NCBI GenBank assembly: GCA_030587475.2
Contig: JAUQYZ020000038.1
Span: forward strand, 1-33,589
Source: Candidatus Sigynarchaeum calidifontis
Lineage (GTDB): Archaea > Asgardarchaeota > Lokiarchaeia > Sigyniarchaeales > Sigyniarchaeaceae
Direction of reading: 5' to 3'
Length of the DNA: 33,589 nt
This document shows, one piece after another, positions 17,214 to 26,314 of this stretch. Made by a program: the position numbers and the translations under genes. The stretch's first letter is position 1. Each line of letters begins with the position of its first letter. A model generated the notes under the pieces. The model was not told the origin of the DNA, ran no database searches, and saw nothing but the letters and a program-made list of their open reading frames with translations.

Positions 17214-18608
17214 TCAGCACTCCTTCAATTTTCTTATCAGTTGCTTTTGCTTGTCGTGGGAGAACCCGCACGAGGAAAGGTAGGTGGTGATGCCGCCATT
17301 ATCCCGGATAAAACTTAGGGCTTGCAAGATGCGCTCCTCCCGTGTGTCTTGCCCAGAAAGCAAGTAGGCGGCCACGATTTTCTCCTCCGGGACACCAAGC
17401 AACAGCTCGACGAGGGCGGAAATCACGCCCGTGCGATCTTTACCCGCCCCGCAGTGGATCAGCGTGTTACCGGGGGATGCAAGCATGGCCTCGAACATTT
17501 GCCGCACGTTGTCCTTGCAGCCGATCAAGCCCTTCGTGTAATCGGAGGCCGGAACATCATCGGCGTTGAAGTTCAGCGCGTGGATGGTCTGGCCGAGTTT
17601 CTTGGCGAGAATTTGATCGTCCGGATCCCTTTCCACCTCTTCCGGGCGGAGCAAGTCTATCAAGGTCTTGATCTCGTTCTCCACGAACCATTTCTCGAGC
17701 CGCGGGTCGCCTGAAAAGGCCGCGGGTGCCAATGACCGGAATACCTTGCCCGTTCCCTGCACTGGCCTGAAATTGCGGAGATAATAAACGTCGTGCACGT
17801 GCTCGCAAAAGCTCGTGATCGTTTCGACCGACGCGGGAAGGGCATCGGCACCGAACTTCGCGAAAATGTCTTCGACAAGGGAGAGGAACCAGTCCATAAA
17901 GTATTGACGGGTCGCATTCGCCTCGCCGAAACCCGCGTTGAGCATGTACTTGGTGAAATATTGCTGCTCCGCTTCGCCCATTACGGCGTTGAGCAAGTGC
18001 TTCGTGCTTCCATTGGGGACACTTTTACCTGCGAGCACGCCTTGCAAGTGTATCGTTTCCACCAACATCGGATAGTGGATGGCATAATAGCCGAGGTAAT
18101 CGGAATGGTGGTGGGCGATCGCAGCGAGCTCGAACTTGTGCAAGATGCTCGACACGCGTTTCTTGAGGAAAGACGCGGTGGCGGATTCCTTGGAGCTCGT
18201 CCCGGCACGTGCCTTATCATCGATCAACAGACCCCCGTGCTTGGAACGCTCGGCAAGGACCGAGATGGTGCCGGCGTGTATGAACTCGCGGACGGCCTCT
18301 TCTGCCGGAGTCGCGATGAAGACGTTCACGCGCGGCATATCCTTCAAATGCAGCGAGATCATGTTGCAAGTATTTCCAAATGGGACGAGCAGCGCGATCA
18401 CGAGCTCCTCGCTAAATAATATCTTGAGTGCATCGAGTATCACGTTAGCATCATGGCCAGGATCGACCATGAGCAAGAAATCTATCTCGATCCCCGGGCC
18501 GGCGAGGCTACTCGCTGGGGACGTGACCTGGTACAAGCCCGCTATGAACGAGACCTTTTTTCCCCACGCGGCAAGCCTGGCGATGAGATCTTCCTTAACT
18601 TTATACAT
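17214..18608 (-). CDS. Tyrosine/dual-specificity phosphatase (Y_phosphatase3-like) with a long N-terminal, possibly degenerate nucleotidyltransferase-like region
   Basis: C-terminal RNFR..VFRS, IKTLIDL, HCGAGKDRTG (CX5R) and YLLS. N-terminal ~270 aa include GIEIDFLLMVD. Confidence 0.8.
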   Translation of the reverse strand: MYKVKEDLIARLAAWGKKVSFIAGLYQVTSPASSLAGPGIEIDFLLMVDPGHDANVILDALKILFSEELVIALLVPFGNTCNMISLHLKDMPRVNVFIATPAEEAVREFIHAGTISVLAERSKHGGLLIDDKARAGTSSKESATASFLKKRVSSILHKFELAAIAHHHSDYLGYYAIHYPMLVETIHLQGVLAGKSVPNGSTKHLLNAVMGEAEQQYFTKYMLNAGFGEANATRQYFMDWFLSLVEDIFAKFGADALPASVETITSFCEHVHDVYYLRNFRPVQGTGKVFRSLAPAAFSGDPRLEKWFVENEIKTLIDLLRPEEVERDPDDQILAKKLGQTIHALNFNADDVPASDYTKGLIGCKDNVRQMFEAMLASPGNTLIHCGAGKDRTGVISALVELLLGVPEEKIVAAYLLSGQDTREERILQALSFIRDNGGITTYLSSCGFSHDKQKQLIRKLKEC

Positions 18609-18656
18609 AGATAGGTGAATACACTAGCATTCTTGAATTGAACCAAGTGCACGCGC

Positions 18657-19937
18657 ATGTTTGATGTGAAGGATTTCGGGGCAAGGGGTGATGGAAAGGC
18701 GAACGACGCGAGGGGCATCGATGCGGCGATCGATGCTTGCGCTGCTGCCGGGGGAGGAGTCGTTTATTTTCCACCCGGGCGATACGTCTCGGGCACGATC
18801 CACGTGAAAAGCAACATGACGATCAATATCGCCCCGGGCGCGACGATAGCGATCGGGGACGATGACGACATCGACATGATCGAGGACCTCTCCTACAATC
18901 CAAATGCGGATAATGAAACAACCTATTTCAACTGTGCATTGTTCCGTCTCGACGGCGTCGAGAATGTTCGTATCGAGGGCGGGGGCATCATCGACGGCAA
19001 TCGCCATCATAGGCATGGGCCAAAGCCGATCGCGGTGAAGAGATGCACCAACCTGACCGTCCGAGATATCAAGATCATCTATGCCCCGAACTACGCGATC
19101 AGCTGCATCGACAGCGAGTTCCTGGTGGTCGAGGGGGTCTGGATCGAGAATGCCTTCGCCGACGGGATCGATTTCGATGGCTGCCGGTTCGTGAGGGTCT
19201 CGAACTGCCGCGTGAACAGTGCAGACGACGCCATCTGCTTGAAATCGAGCCCCGCCCTGGGGGAACAGATAGATTGCGCTCACGTAACGGTGACCAACTG
19301 CCACGTTGCCACTTCTGCCAATTGTTTCAAGCTGGGCACGGAATCGGGCCCGGGCGGCTTCACCGACATCACGATCTCCAACTGCACGTTCGACAAGCAG
19401 CCAATTTCCCGGCCGCCACCTGGGGGAATATGCATCGAATCTGTTGACGGAGCGATCATCGACCGCATCGCCGCCTCGAACATCACGATGAACAATGTAT
19501 CCTGCCCAATCTTCATCCGCCTGGGAAAGCGAGGGCGGGCGCAAAAGACGCCTTCCCCGGGCTCGCTGGAGAACGTCTCGATCTCCAACATCATTGCAAC
19601 GAACGCGGACATGCCGTGCATCATATCAGGTGGCCCGGGCTACCGCGTGAAGAACATCGCGCTCGACACGATTTCAGTCTTGTACGGGCCCTCGGCGAAG
19701 GGTCACGTTGAGAAGCTCGTGGAACCAAAAGCCGTGCCCGAGGCCGAGGACAAGTATCCCGACCCGCGCATGTTCGGAGACCTTCCGTGCTGGGCGTTTT
19801 ACTGCCGCCACGCGGAGAACGTGCGCGTGGTGAACATGCAATCGCGGATTCCGTTTGATCTCGGGAAAAAGAAGCCAGCGATCGTGCTCGATGACGTGGA
19901 ACGGTCGATCGTGAAGGTAGACGAGTATCATTTTTGA
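18657..19937 (+). CDS. GH28-like (polygalacturonase-type) beta-helix glycoside hydrolase
   Basis: FDVKDFGARGDG..AIDAC..GGGVVYFPPGRY, DGID, DDAICLKS and FKLGTES. Confidence 0.85.
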   Translation: MFDVKDFGARGDGKANDARGIDAAIDACAAAGGGVVYFPPGRYVSGTIHVKSNMTINIAPGATIAIGDDDDIDMIEDLSYNPNADNETTYFNCALFRLDGVENVRIEGGGIIDGNRHHRHGPKPIAVKRCTNLTVRDIKIIYAPNYAISCIDSEFLVVEGVWIENAFADGIDFDGCRFVRVSNCRVNSADDAICLKSSPALGEQIDCAHVTVTNCHVATSANCFKLGTESGPGGFTDITISNCTFDKQPISRPPPGGICIESVDGAIIDRIAASNITMNNVSCPIFIRLGKRGRAQKTPSPGSLENVSISNIIATNADMPCIISGGPGYRVKNIALDTISVLYGPSAKGHVEKLVEPKAVPEAEDKYPDPRMFGDLPCWAFYCRHAENVRVVNMQSRIPFDLGKKKPAIVLDDVERSIVKVDEYHF

Positions 19938-19952
19938 TAACATGAAGAGATC

Positions 19953-22900
19953 TCATGCACGCCCGAGCACTTGGCTAAAAAATGCCCCGATCGCGAATTG
20001 AAACGCGTTCGCTTGCCATGACCAGGTTTCAGTGTACATGTTGGACATGTGGGGGATGATCGGGTTGCGTTCGCGATTGTCCAGCGAGTTTTCGGCACCA
20101 TAGTCGCCCGGGAAGTACCGGAAACCGTCGGCGATGGCACCGGGAAACGCGCCATGCAGGTTGCCGGGTATGAACCGCTGGCGCGTGGCATAATTTTGCA
20201 CGAACACGTCTCCACCGGGTAGTCGCTCCATCATGCACGTGTTTTCCATGTTTCGGCCGAAAAGCCAGTCAAAATGGCGTGTCATGAAGTTGTACAACGA
20301 TTTTCGGGTCGTTGAATTGCTTGAAATGTTGAAAGCGTACGACGCCGCGAAGATCATGTTGAGATAGCCGAAGTTCCAATCGACCGGAGCACCGAATGGT
20401 TCCTTGCGCAAGTATTTGAAATAATTCGTCGGGTCGTCTGTCCTCGCCGAGATGTACTGCGCCAAGTGATCGGCAGTCTTGTTCCCCGCCAGGTAACCGA
20501 GCCCGTCCCACCCGCCGGTGCCGTTGAATTGTTGCGCGAACTGGATGGCCAATGCTAACAAGCGTGGCTCTCCCGGAAATGATGCCATGGATCCCGACGC
20601 GGCAATGACATTGTTGACGAAGCCACGAGCATTGTCGAAATATGTCATGTTTCCAGTGAGCCGGTACATTTCTGCCTCGCAAGCGATCGATTCCCAACCA
20701 CCGTTCAAGTAATTCTTGTATGCATTTCGTGTTTTGTTCGCGAAAGCTTCTAGTTGCGTCACGTTCTCGTTAAAAAAGCCATGTGCCTTGAACTGGCGGG
20801 CCAGTGCTGCTGCGGAAGCCGCGGGAAGTAGCCCCCAAGGACTCTGGAGGAACTGCATCTTGTATGCTTGTGCATACGTCATGTCCTCGGTTGGTGGAGG
20901 ATCGCCAACGACCCAGCGCCCGTTGCCAAAAAACTCCTCGAATTCGGGCGGGGCAAAGACGGTCCACCTGATACTCATGTTCTCGCCGAGGCAGTTCGAG
21001 TCGAAGAACCGCTGCTCAGGCTCGTAGAACCGTTTCATCCACCACTGGATGCCGAACCATGCCTCCTCGTAGATGTCGGGGATGCTATCGTTCTGGGGGT
21101 ACGCGGCACGGTTCTCTGGTTCGTTGAGGAAGGAAAACGATTGGTTCATGCTATATGCGAGCGAATAGATGGCCATTGCCATCATTGAACCATAGGTGTT
21201 GTAGTCGCCGGAATCGTGCCAGCCGCCCGTCAAGTTCAAGTCGTGGCGGTATTCGTAGGTACCCGAGTTGTTGTAGAGGTACCAGGCATCGTTCAAGTGG
21301 CAAGCCTCGTGCCCGATCGCGTTGTGCTGGACGGGCAGTACTTTCGTGCCGCACCGGGCGTAGTAAAACCAATACAAGCTCAAGTGCCGTGCCGCGTCCA
21401 AATAATTCGCGTCGATGGCGAACTCGTTCGATGTCGTTACATGTTGCCCCAATCGAGCGATGACCCGGTAGTTGCCCTCCGTCGCGAGGCTAGAAAAATC
21501 GCCCTTCCAGTAATGATCGCGCCAGAGCGGGCCTTGCCGGCAAAGGATGCCGGTGTATACCACGCGGCCCGATCGATCGACCACGTCGAACGTGCCGTTG
21601 ACCCCCGGCATGTCATTCTTGAGGGCGAGGAAGAATGTTTTTTCCTGGTTCGGGAGCATGCCAACGTTGTTGAGGATGATGCGAGGGTGATCGCCGAGGA
21701 TTTTCTCGCCAATGAAGGCGGGCAACGCGGTACCGAATCCCGCGACGAGGAAAACCGTGGCGATGGCTTCTAATTTTCTCGTGTTTGGGGATTCGAATAT
21801 GCCGTGCAAGGCCGGCATTTTTCTCGTCATGGCATTCTTCAAGGCCTTGATCCAATCGTTGATCTTGAAGCCGAGCATGTAGAGCGCGATGACGAGCGCG
21901 TTCAAGAACACGGAAGGAATGATCGCGTTGTATAACCACATGATCTCGATGTTGCCCCCGTCTGGATTGAGGGCAAAATACACGGCGAGCATCAGGAACG
22001 CGAAAAGCCCACCGAAAAACGAAACAACACGGACTATCTCGACATAATCTTTTCGCGACAGCACGACGAGCACGGCGACCAGGACGATGAAGGCGATGAT
22101 CGCAGAAACCTGGAAGGCTGCGATGCACGGGATTTCCGGCACGTCGATCTCGAAAATGTACAAGGCGGGCCAGAGTACCAATAATCCACTCGCGACCAGC
22201 GTGCCGACGGCCGCGATCGCGACGATGAGCGCTGCGGGGCGTATTTTCACCCGGAACGGGCACGGCGCGCTCGGGAGCATCGATCGCGTGGCAGGCAAGA
22301 GTATGCCAGTGATGATGAGCGCGTTGAGCAAGAAGACGAGCATCATGATGGCGGAATACCCCGTCACTGCTTCTTGGACGCGGATGGGCGTGTTCGCGGC
22401 AATTGCCATCCACCACGCGAGTGCCACGACGAGCATGATCACGGCAGCAGGCCGCACCTTCAATTTGCGAGCGACGTTCCCTTGTGCACGAAATCCAGAA
22501 ATGCCATTAACATAGAAAAAGATGCCGAGCCCGCAGGCGACCGGCACCAGAGTCATCACCATCTGGGGTATCGCGGGGATGTTGTTCGTCGTGTAAAAGC
22601 CTTCCGAGAGCAAGGTCGGGATGTCCCGATAGAAATCGCCAACGTACAAGTGACTGCCAAGGCCCGTTTGCGGGTTCCCGATCGCGGAGAACGCGATCTC
22701 GGCGACGACGATGCCGGCGGCGACGATGCCACAGAGCGCCCCGAACCGCTTGAGGCCCTTGCCCGGCTTGATGTCGCTTGGTTCGGTTCCATTCATGGAG
22801 ATTGCCCTCGGCCGGGCGAGGTGCAAGAAGCCGGTCATCAAAAGGGCATAGATAACGAAGAATGGAAGGTTGCCGAAAAAGAATTGCCAACCGAGGAGCT

Positions 22901-23108
22901 CGTTGATGCCCACGTTGCGGTAATGGGCGAGGTCGAGGAGGCCAAGCATGCTCATTGTTTCCGAGCCTGTATAATGGTATCGCCCGTGCACGGTGTCGTA
23001 GTTTCCAGCATAGGAGACCCATATGAACGCGGCGAACGCGAGGACGGGAATCCCGATGAGGAATAACGCGCCCCACGTGTCCTTGAAGACAGAATCACGG
23101 CGCTCCAT
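19953..23108 (-). CDS. GH9-family glycoside hydrolase with an N-terminal polytopic membrane domain
   Basis: About 11-12 TM segments in the first ~470 aa; CelD_N-like LNNVGMLPNQEK..GDFSSLATEGNY; LTGGWHDSGDY; DWLFGRN; C-terminal YTE. Start at 23108 or 23132. Confidence 0.8.
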   Translation of the reverse strand: MERRDSVFKDTWGALFLIGIPVLAFAAFIWVSYAGNYDTVHGRYHYTGSETMSMLGLLDLAHYRNVGINELLGWQFFFGNLPFFVIYALLMTGFLHLARPRAISMNGTEPSDIKPGKGLKRFGALCGIVAAGIVVAEIAFSAIGNPQTGLGSHLYVGDFYRDIPTLLSEGFYTTNNIPAIPQMVMTLVPVACGLGIFFYVNGISGFRAQGNVARKLKVRPAAVIMLVVALAWWMAIAANTPIRVQEAVTGYSAIMMLVFLLNALIITGILLPATRSMLPSAPCPFRVKIRPAALIVAIAAVGTLVASGLLVLWPALYIFEIDVPEIPCIAAFQVSAIIAFIVLVAVLVVLSRKDYVEIVRVVSFFGGLFAFLMLAVYFALNPDGGNIEIMWLYNAIIPSVFLNALVIALYMLGFKINDWIKALKNAMTRKMPALHGIFESPNTRKLEAIATVFLVAGFGTALPAFIGEKILGDHPRIILNNVGMLPNQEKTFFLALKNDMPGVNGTFDVVDRSGRVVYTGILCRQGPLWRDHYWKGDFSSLATEGNYRVIARLGQHVTTSNEFAIDANYLDAARHLSLYWFYYARCGTKVLPVQHNAIGHEACHLNDAWYLYNNSGTYEYRHDLNLTGGWHDSGDYNTYGSMMAMAIYSLAYSMNQSFSFLNEPENRAAYPQNDSIPDIYEEAWFGIQWWMKRFYEPEQRFFDSNCLGENMSIRWTVFAPPEFEEFFGNGRWVVGDPPPTEDMTYAQAYKMQFLQSPWGLLPAASAAALARQFKAHGFFNENVTQLEAFANKTRNAYKNYLNGGWESIACEAEMYRLTGNMTYFDNARGFVNNVIAASGSMASFPGEPRLLALAIQFAQQFNGTGGWDGLGYLAGNKTADHLAQYISARTDDPTNYFKYLRKEPFGAPVDWNFGYLNMIFAASYAFNISSNSTTRKSLYNFMTRHFDWLFGRNMENTCMMERLPGGDVFVQNYATRQRFIPGNLHGAFPGAIADGFRYFPGDYGAENSLDNRERNPIIPHMSNMYTETWSWQANAFQFAIGAFFSQVLGRA

Positions 23109-23196
23109 GATTCGAAGCTGACCGGGGTGCATAAAAAGGCTTTATTGGCCGAGCGTGAAGATGTCACACGAGTAACCGCGTTCGAGGAAACGGATC

Positions 23197-24462
23197 ATGG
23201 ACCGGCAACAAATCCAGCACGCGTTCGACCTTGCTTGCAAGGCATACGCGGAATTGGGTGTCAACGTGGAGCAAGTCTTGAAAAAAATGGATGCATTCTC
23301 GCTGTCCATCCATTGTTGGCAGGGGGATGATGTCGGAGGCTTCGAGAAACTGGGCACGGGCCTCGACGGCAGCGGGCTTCAAGCCACGGGAAACTATCCG
23401 GGGAAGGCACGCACGCCCGCCGAACTCCGGCAGGATTACGAAAAGGCTTTCTCGCTCATCCCGGGTCATCACCGGGCGAACATCCACGCCATGTACGGGG
23501 AATTCACGAAACCGATTGACCGTGATCAAATCTCGGTCGAACATTTTCAAGGATGGATCGACTGGGCAAAGAAACAAGGCTTGAAGATCGACTTCAACCC
23601 CACGTTGTTCGGGCACCCCAAAGCCAAGTCTGGGTACACGCTCGGCGACAAGAACAAGGACGTGCGCGATTTCTGGATACGCCACGTCCAATGCTGTCGG
23701 GAGATCGGCGATGCCATTGGGAAGCAACTCGGCGACCCGTGCATCAACAACATCTGGATACCGGATGGCGAAAAAGACAATCCTGTTGACCGGGCAGGGC
23801 ACCGGCGTCTCCTCGCGGACTCCCTCGACCAGATCTTTGCAGTGAAGCGAGACAAGCGATTCGTGAAGGATTTCATCGAGGGCAAGTTGTTCGGCATCGG
23901 CAGCGAGGCCTACGTCGCCGGCAGCCATGATTTTTACCTCGGGTATGCAGCAAAGAACCAGGTCGGCTTCACCATGGACATGGGGCACTACCACCCGACC
24001 GAGTCTGTCGCGGACAAGATCTCGGCGATACTCCCTTTCGTTCCAGAGCTGCTGCTCCACGTGAGCCGGGGCGTTCGCTGGGACAGCGATCACGTCGTCA
24101 TCACGAACGACGAGTTGCTGGCTGTCGCCGAGGAAATCGTCAGGTCCGGATGCATGAACCGCATTCACGTGTCGCTCGATTATTTCGACGCGAGCTTGAA
24201 CCGGATCGGCGCGTGGGTGACGGGCGCCAGGGCGACGCTGAAGGCTATACTCGTCGCGCTGCTCCAGCCATGGGAGCAGCTGAACGAGCTAGAGGAGGCC
24301 GGGCGGCTCTTCAAGCGCCTCGCGCTGCTCGAGGTCCTCAAGGTCATGCCCGCGGGAGCGGTCTGGCACCAGTACTGCGCCCAGAAAGGAGTCCCGGCAG
24401 GAATCGAATGGGTCGAAGCGGTCGAAGCGTACGAGAAAGACGTGTTATCGAAGCGCAATTGA
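23197..24462 (+). CDS. rhaA: L-rhamnose isomerase
   Basis: SIHCWQGDDV.GFE, TGNYPG.A, FNPTLF, NIWIPDG, EGKLFGIGSE.Y..GSHDFY, GHYHPTE and LHVSRGVRWDSDHV. Confidence 0.95.
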   Translation: MDRQQIQHAFDLACKAYAELGVNVEQVLKKMDAFSLSIHCWQGDDVGGFEKLGTGLDGSGLQATGNYPGKARTPAELRQDYEKAFSLIPGHHRANIHAMYGEFTKPIDRDQISVEHFQGWIDWAKKQGLKIDFNPTLFGHPKAKSGYTLGDKNKDVRDFWIRHVQCCREIGDAIGKQLGDPCINNIWIPDGEKDNPVDRAGHRRLLADSLDQIFAVKRDKRFVKDFIEGKLFGIGSEAYVAGSHDFYLGYAAKNQVGFTMDMGHYHPTESVADKISAILPFVPELLLHVSRGVRWDSDHVVITNDELLAVAEEIVRSGCMNRIHVSLDYFDASLNRIGAWVTGARATLKAILVALLQPWEQLNELEEAGRLFKRLALLEVLKVMPAGAVWHQYCAQKGVPAGIEWVEAVEAYEKDVLSKRN

Positions 24463-24474
24463 GGTCGAGGCAGA

Positions 24475-25377
24475 ATGGCAATCAAAACCATTGGCTGGAT
24501 CGGCACGGGGGTAATGGGAAATGCGATGTGCGGCCACGTGATACGAAAGGGAAAGGGCGAGTATGCAGCAGTCGTGTACAACCGGACGAAAGAAAAGGCA
24601 GCTGAGCTCGTGAAACTCGGCGCGACGTGGTGCTCGAACCCGAAAGAGGTCGCGGAGAGGAGCGACGTCGTCTTCACGATCGTCGGGTTCCCAAAGGACG
24701 TCGAGGAGGTGTATTTCGGCGAGCAAGGGGTCTTGCGGGGAATCAAGAAGGGAAAGATCGTCGTCGACATGACTACGACCGAGCCGACCCTCGCGATCCG
24801 CATCCACGAGGCAGCGAGCAAGATTGGCGCTTCGGCGCTCGACGCGCCTGTCTCGGGTGGTGACGTGGGTGCCAGGAACGGGACGCTTGCCATCATGGTC
24901 GGTGGCGACAAGGCGGCATTCGACGAGGTATTGCCATTGTTCCAGATGATGGGCGACAAGGAGAAGATCGCCTTCATGGGCCCGGCGGGCGCGGGACAGC
25001 ACACGAAGATGGCCAACCAGGTCATGATCGCCAGCACCATGGTCGGCGTCGTCGAGTCAATGCTCTACGCGGCGAAGGCGGGCCTCGACGTGGGCGAGAT
25101 GATCAACGTGATCGGGAAGGGCGCCGCGCAGAACTGGTCGCTCGTCAATTACGGGCCGCGCATCTTGAAAGGGGACTTCAATCCAGGCTTTTTCATCAAG
25201 CATTTCGTGAAGGACATGGGCATCGCCTTGCAGGAAGCGAAGCGCATGAACCTCGCGCTGCCAGGCCTCGCGCTGGCGCACCAGTTCTACATCTCGGCCA
25301 TGGCCATTGGCCTGGAGAGTCTCGGTACCCAGGGCCTCTACAAGGTGTACCAGCGCATGAACGGGCTCGAGAAATGA
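24475..25377 (+). CDS. NAD(P)-dependent beta-hydroxyacid dehydrogenase (3-hydroxyisobutyrate dehydrogenase/GarR/YkwC family)
   Basis: IGWIGTGVMG, LDAPVSGGDVGA, GAGQHTKMANQ and F.IKHF.KD.GIAL. Confidence 0.92.
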   Translation: MAIKTIGWIGTGVMGNAMCGHVIRKGKGEYAAVVYNRTKEKAAELVKLGATWCSNPKEVAERSDVVFTIVGFPKDVEEVYFGEQGVLRGIKKGKIVVDMTTTEPTLAIRIHEAASKIGASALDAPVSGGDVGARNGTLAIMVGGDKAAFDEVLPLFQMMGDKEKIAFMGPAGAGQHTKMANQVMIASTMVGVVESMLYAAKAGLDVGEMINVIGKGAAQNWSLVNYGPRILKGDFNPGFFIKHFVKDMGIALQEAKRMNLALPGLALAHQFYISAMAIGLESLGTQGLYKVYQRMNGLEK

Positions 25378-25381
25378 AAAG

Positions 25382-25404
25382 AAAAAAGGCAATTTCCTTT
25401 TTTT
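25382..25404. terminator. Putative bidirectional terminator between convergent genes
   Basis: AAAAAAGG-caattt-CCTTTTTT inverted repeat that gives a T-tract on either strand; lies between the stops at 25377 and 25423. Confidence 0.6.
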
Positions 25405-25422
25405 CAAACGTGAATTTAGAGA

Positions 25423-25959
25423 TTATTCGAGTTTCTTCCCGAACGTGTCGACGAACGCGATCTCGGACAAGGCCTTCCGCGACCTGGCAGCGGGTGCCTC
25501 GTCTGGGTAACCCAGGGGTGTCAAGGCGACCACCCGGTTGCTTTTCTTGATCGCGAGTATCTCCTTGAGCCGCTCCTCGTCGAAAAACCCGATCCAGCAA
25601 GTACCGAGGCCCTCGGCAGTGGCGGCGAGGACGAGGTGCTCGAAGGCAATGCCGACATCGAGCATGTAATACGCCATGTCACCATTGTTGCCGGACCACT
25701 TCGCGTCGCTGATGGCAACGATGAACATGGGTGCACTCGCGAACTTCCCTCTTTGGCTGGTGGCATCGATGACCTTCTCGACTTGTTCCTTGTCCGTGAC
25801 CACGATGTAACGAACACCTTGCATGTTTGCCCAGCTTGGTGCCAGGCGCGCCGCATCCAGCACGCGCTTGATCACGTCCATGGGTACCTTGTCTTGCTTG
25901 TACTTGCGGATGCTGCGTCTTGCCTTGATAGCATCGTATAAATCCATGTCTATTTTCAC
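25423..25959 (-). CDS. Nitroreductase family protein
   Basis: RRSIRKY, ARLAPSWAN.Q, LAATAEGLGTCWIG and LGYP. Confidence 0.92.
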   Translation of the reverse strand: MKIDMDLYDAIKARRSIRKYKQDKVPMDVIKRVLDAARLAPSWANMQGVRYIVVTDKEQVEKVIDATSQRGKFASAPMFIVAISDAKWSGNNGDMAYYMLDVGIAFEHLVLAATAEGLGTCWIGFFDEERLKEILAIKKSNRVVALTPLGYPDEAPAARSRKALSEIAFVDTFGKKLE

Positions 25960-26245
25960 CAGATCATTGTTGTATCTTGCTTCCAGAGGGATCTATGCCC
26001 ATAGACCCAAAAAGATGTTGATTTACTTTTCCCATGATATTCTTTTCCTACTACTTTATTACCCGGGGGGCCTGGTATAATGGCATGCCCAGTTCTCCCG
26101 ATGCCGGCGATGCAATGCTCTGCAATGAGCCGATTCCCATCCTGAACGCGCGACATGCAAGGAATCTAGGCGATTCATGGCACGCCACGGGCGCGTTCGC
26201 TTGACACGTGATCGCCAGGCAAGAATCACGCGAGGGGCTATTGTA

Positions 26246-26252
26246 TTTATAA
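26246..26252 (+). promoter_or_regulatory. Candidate archaeal TATA box
   Basis: TTTATAA about 60 nt upstream of the ATG at 26315, in a divergent intergenic region. Confidence 0.4.
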
Positions 26253-26314
26253 GATTGAAGTAGCTTGATCCCCTCGAATTACAGCAGCAATTCCTACACC
26301 CGAAGGGAACGAGC

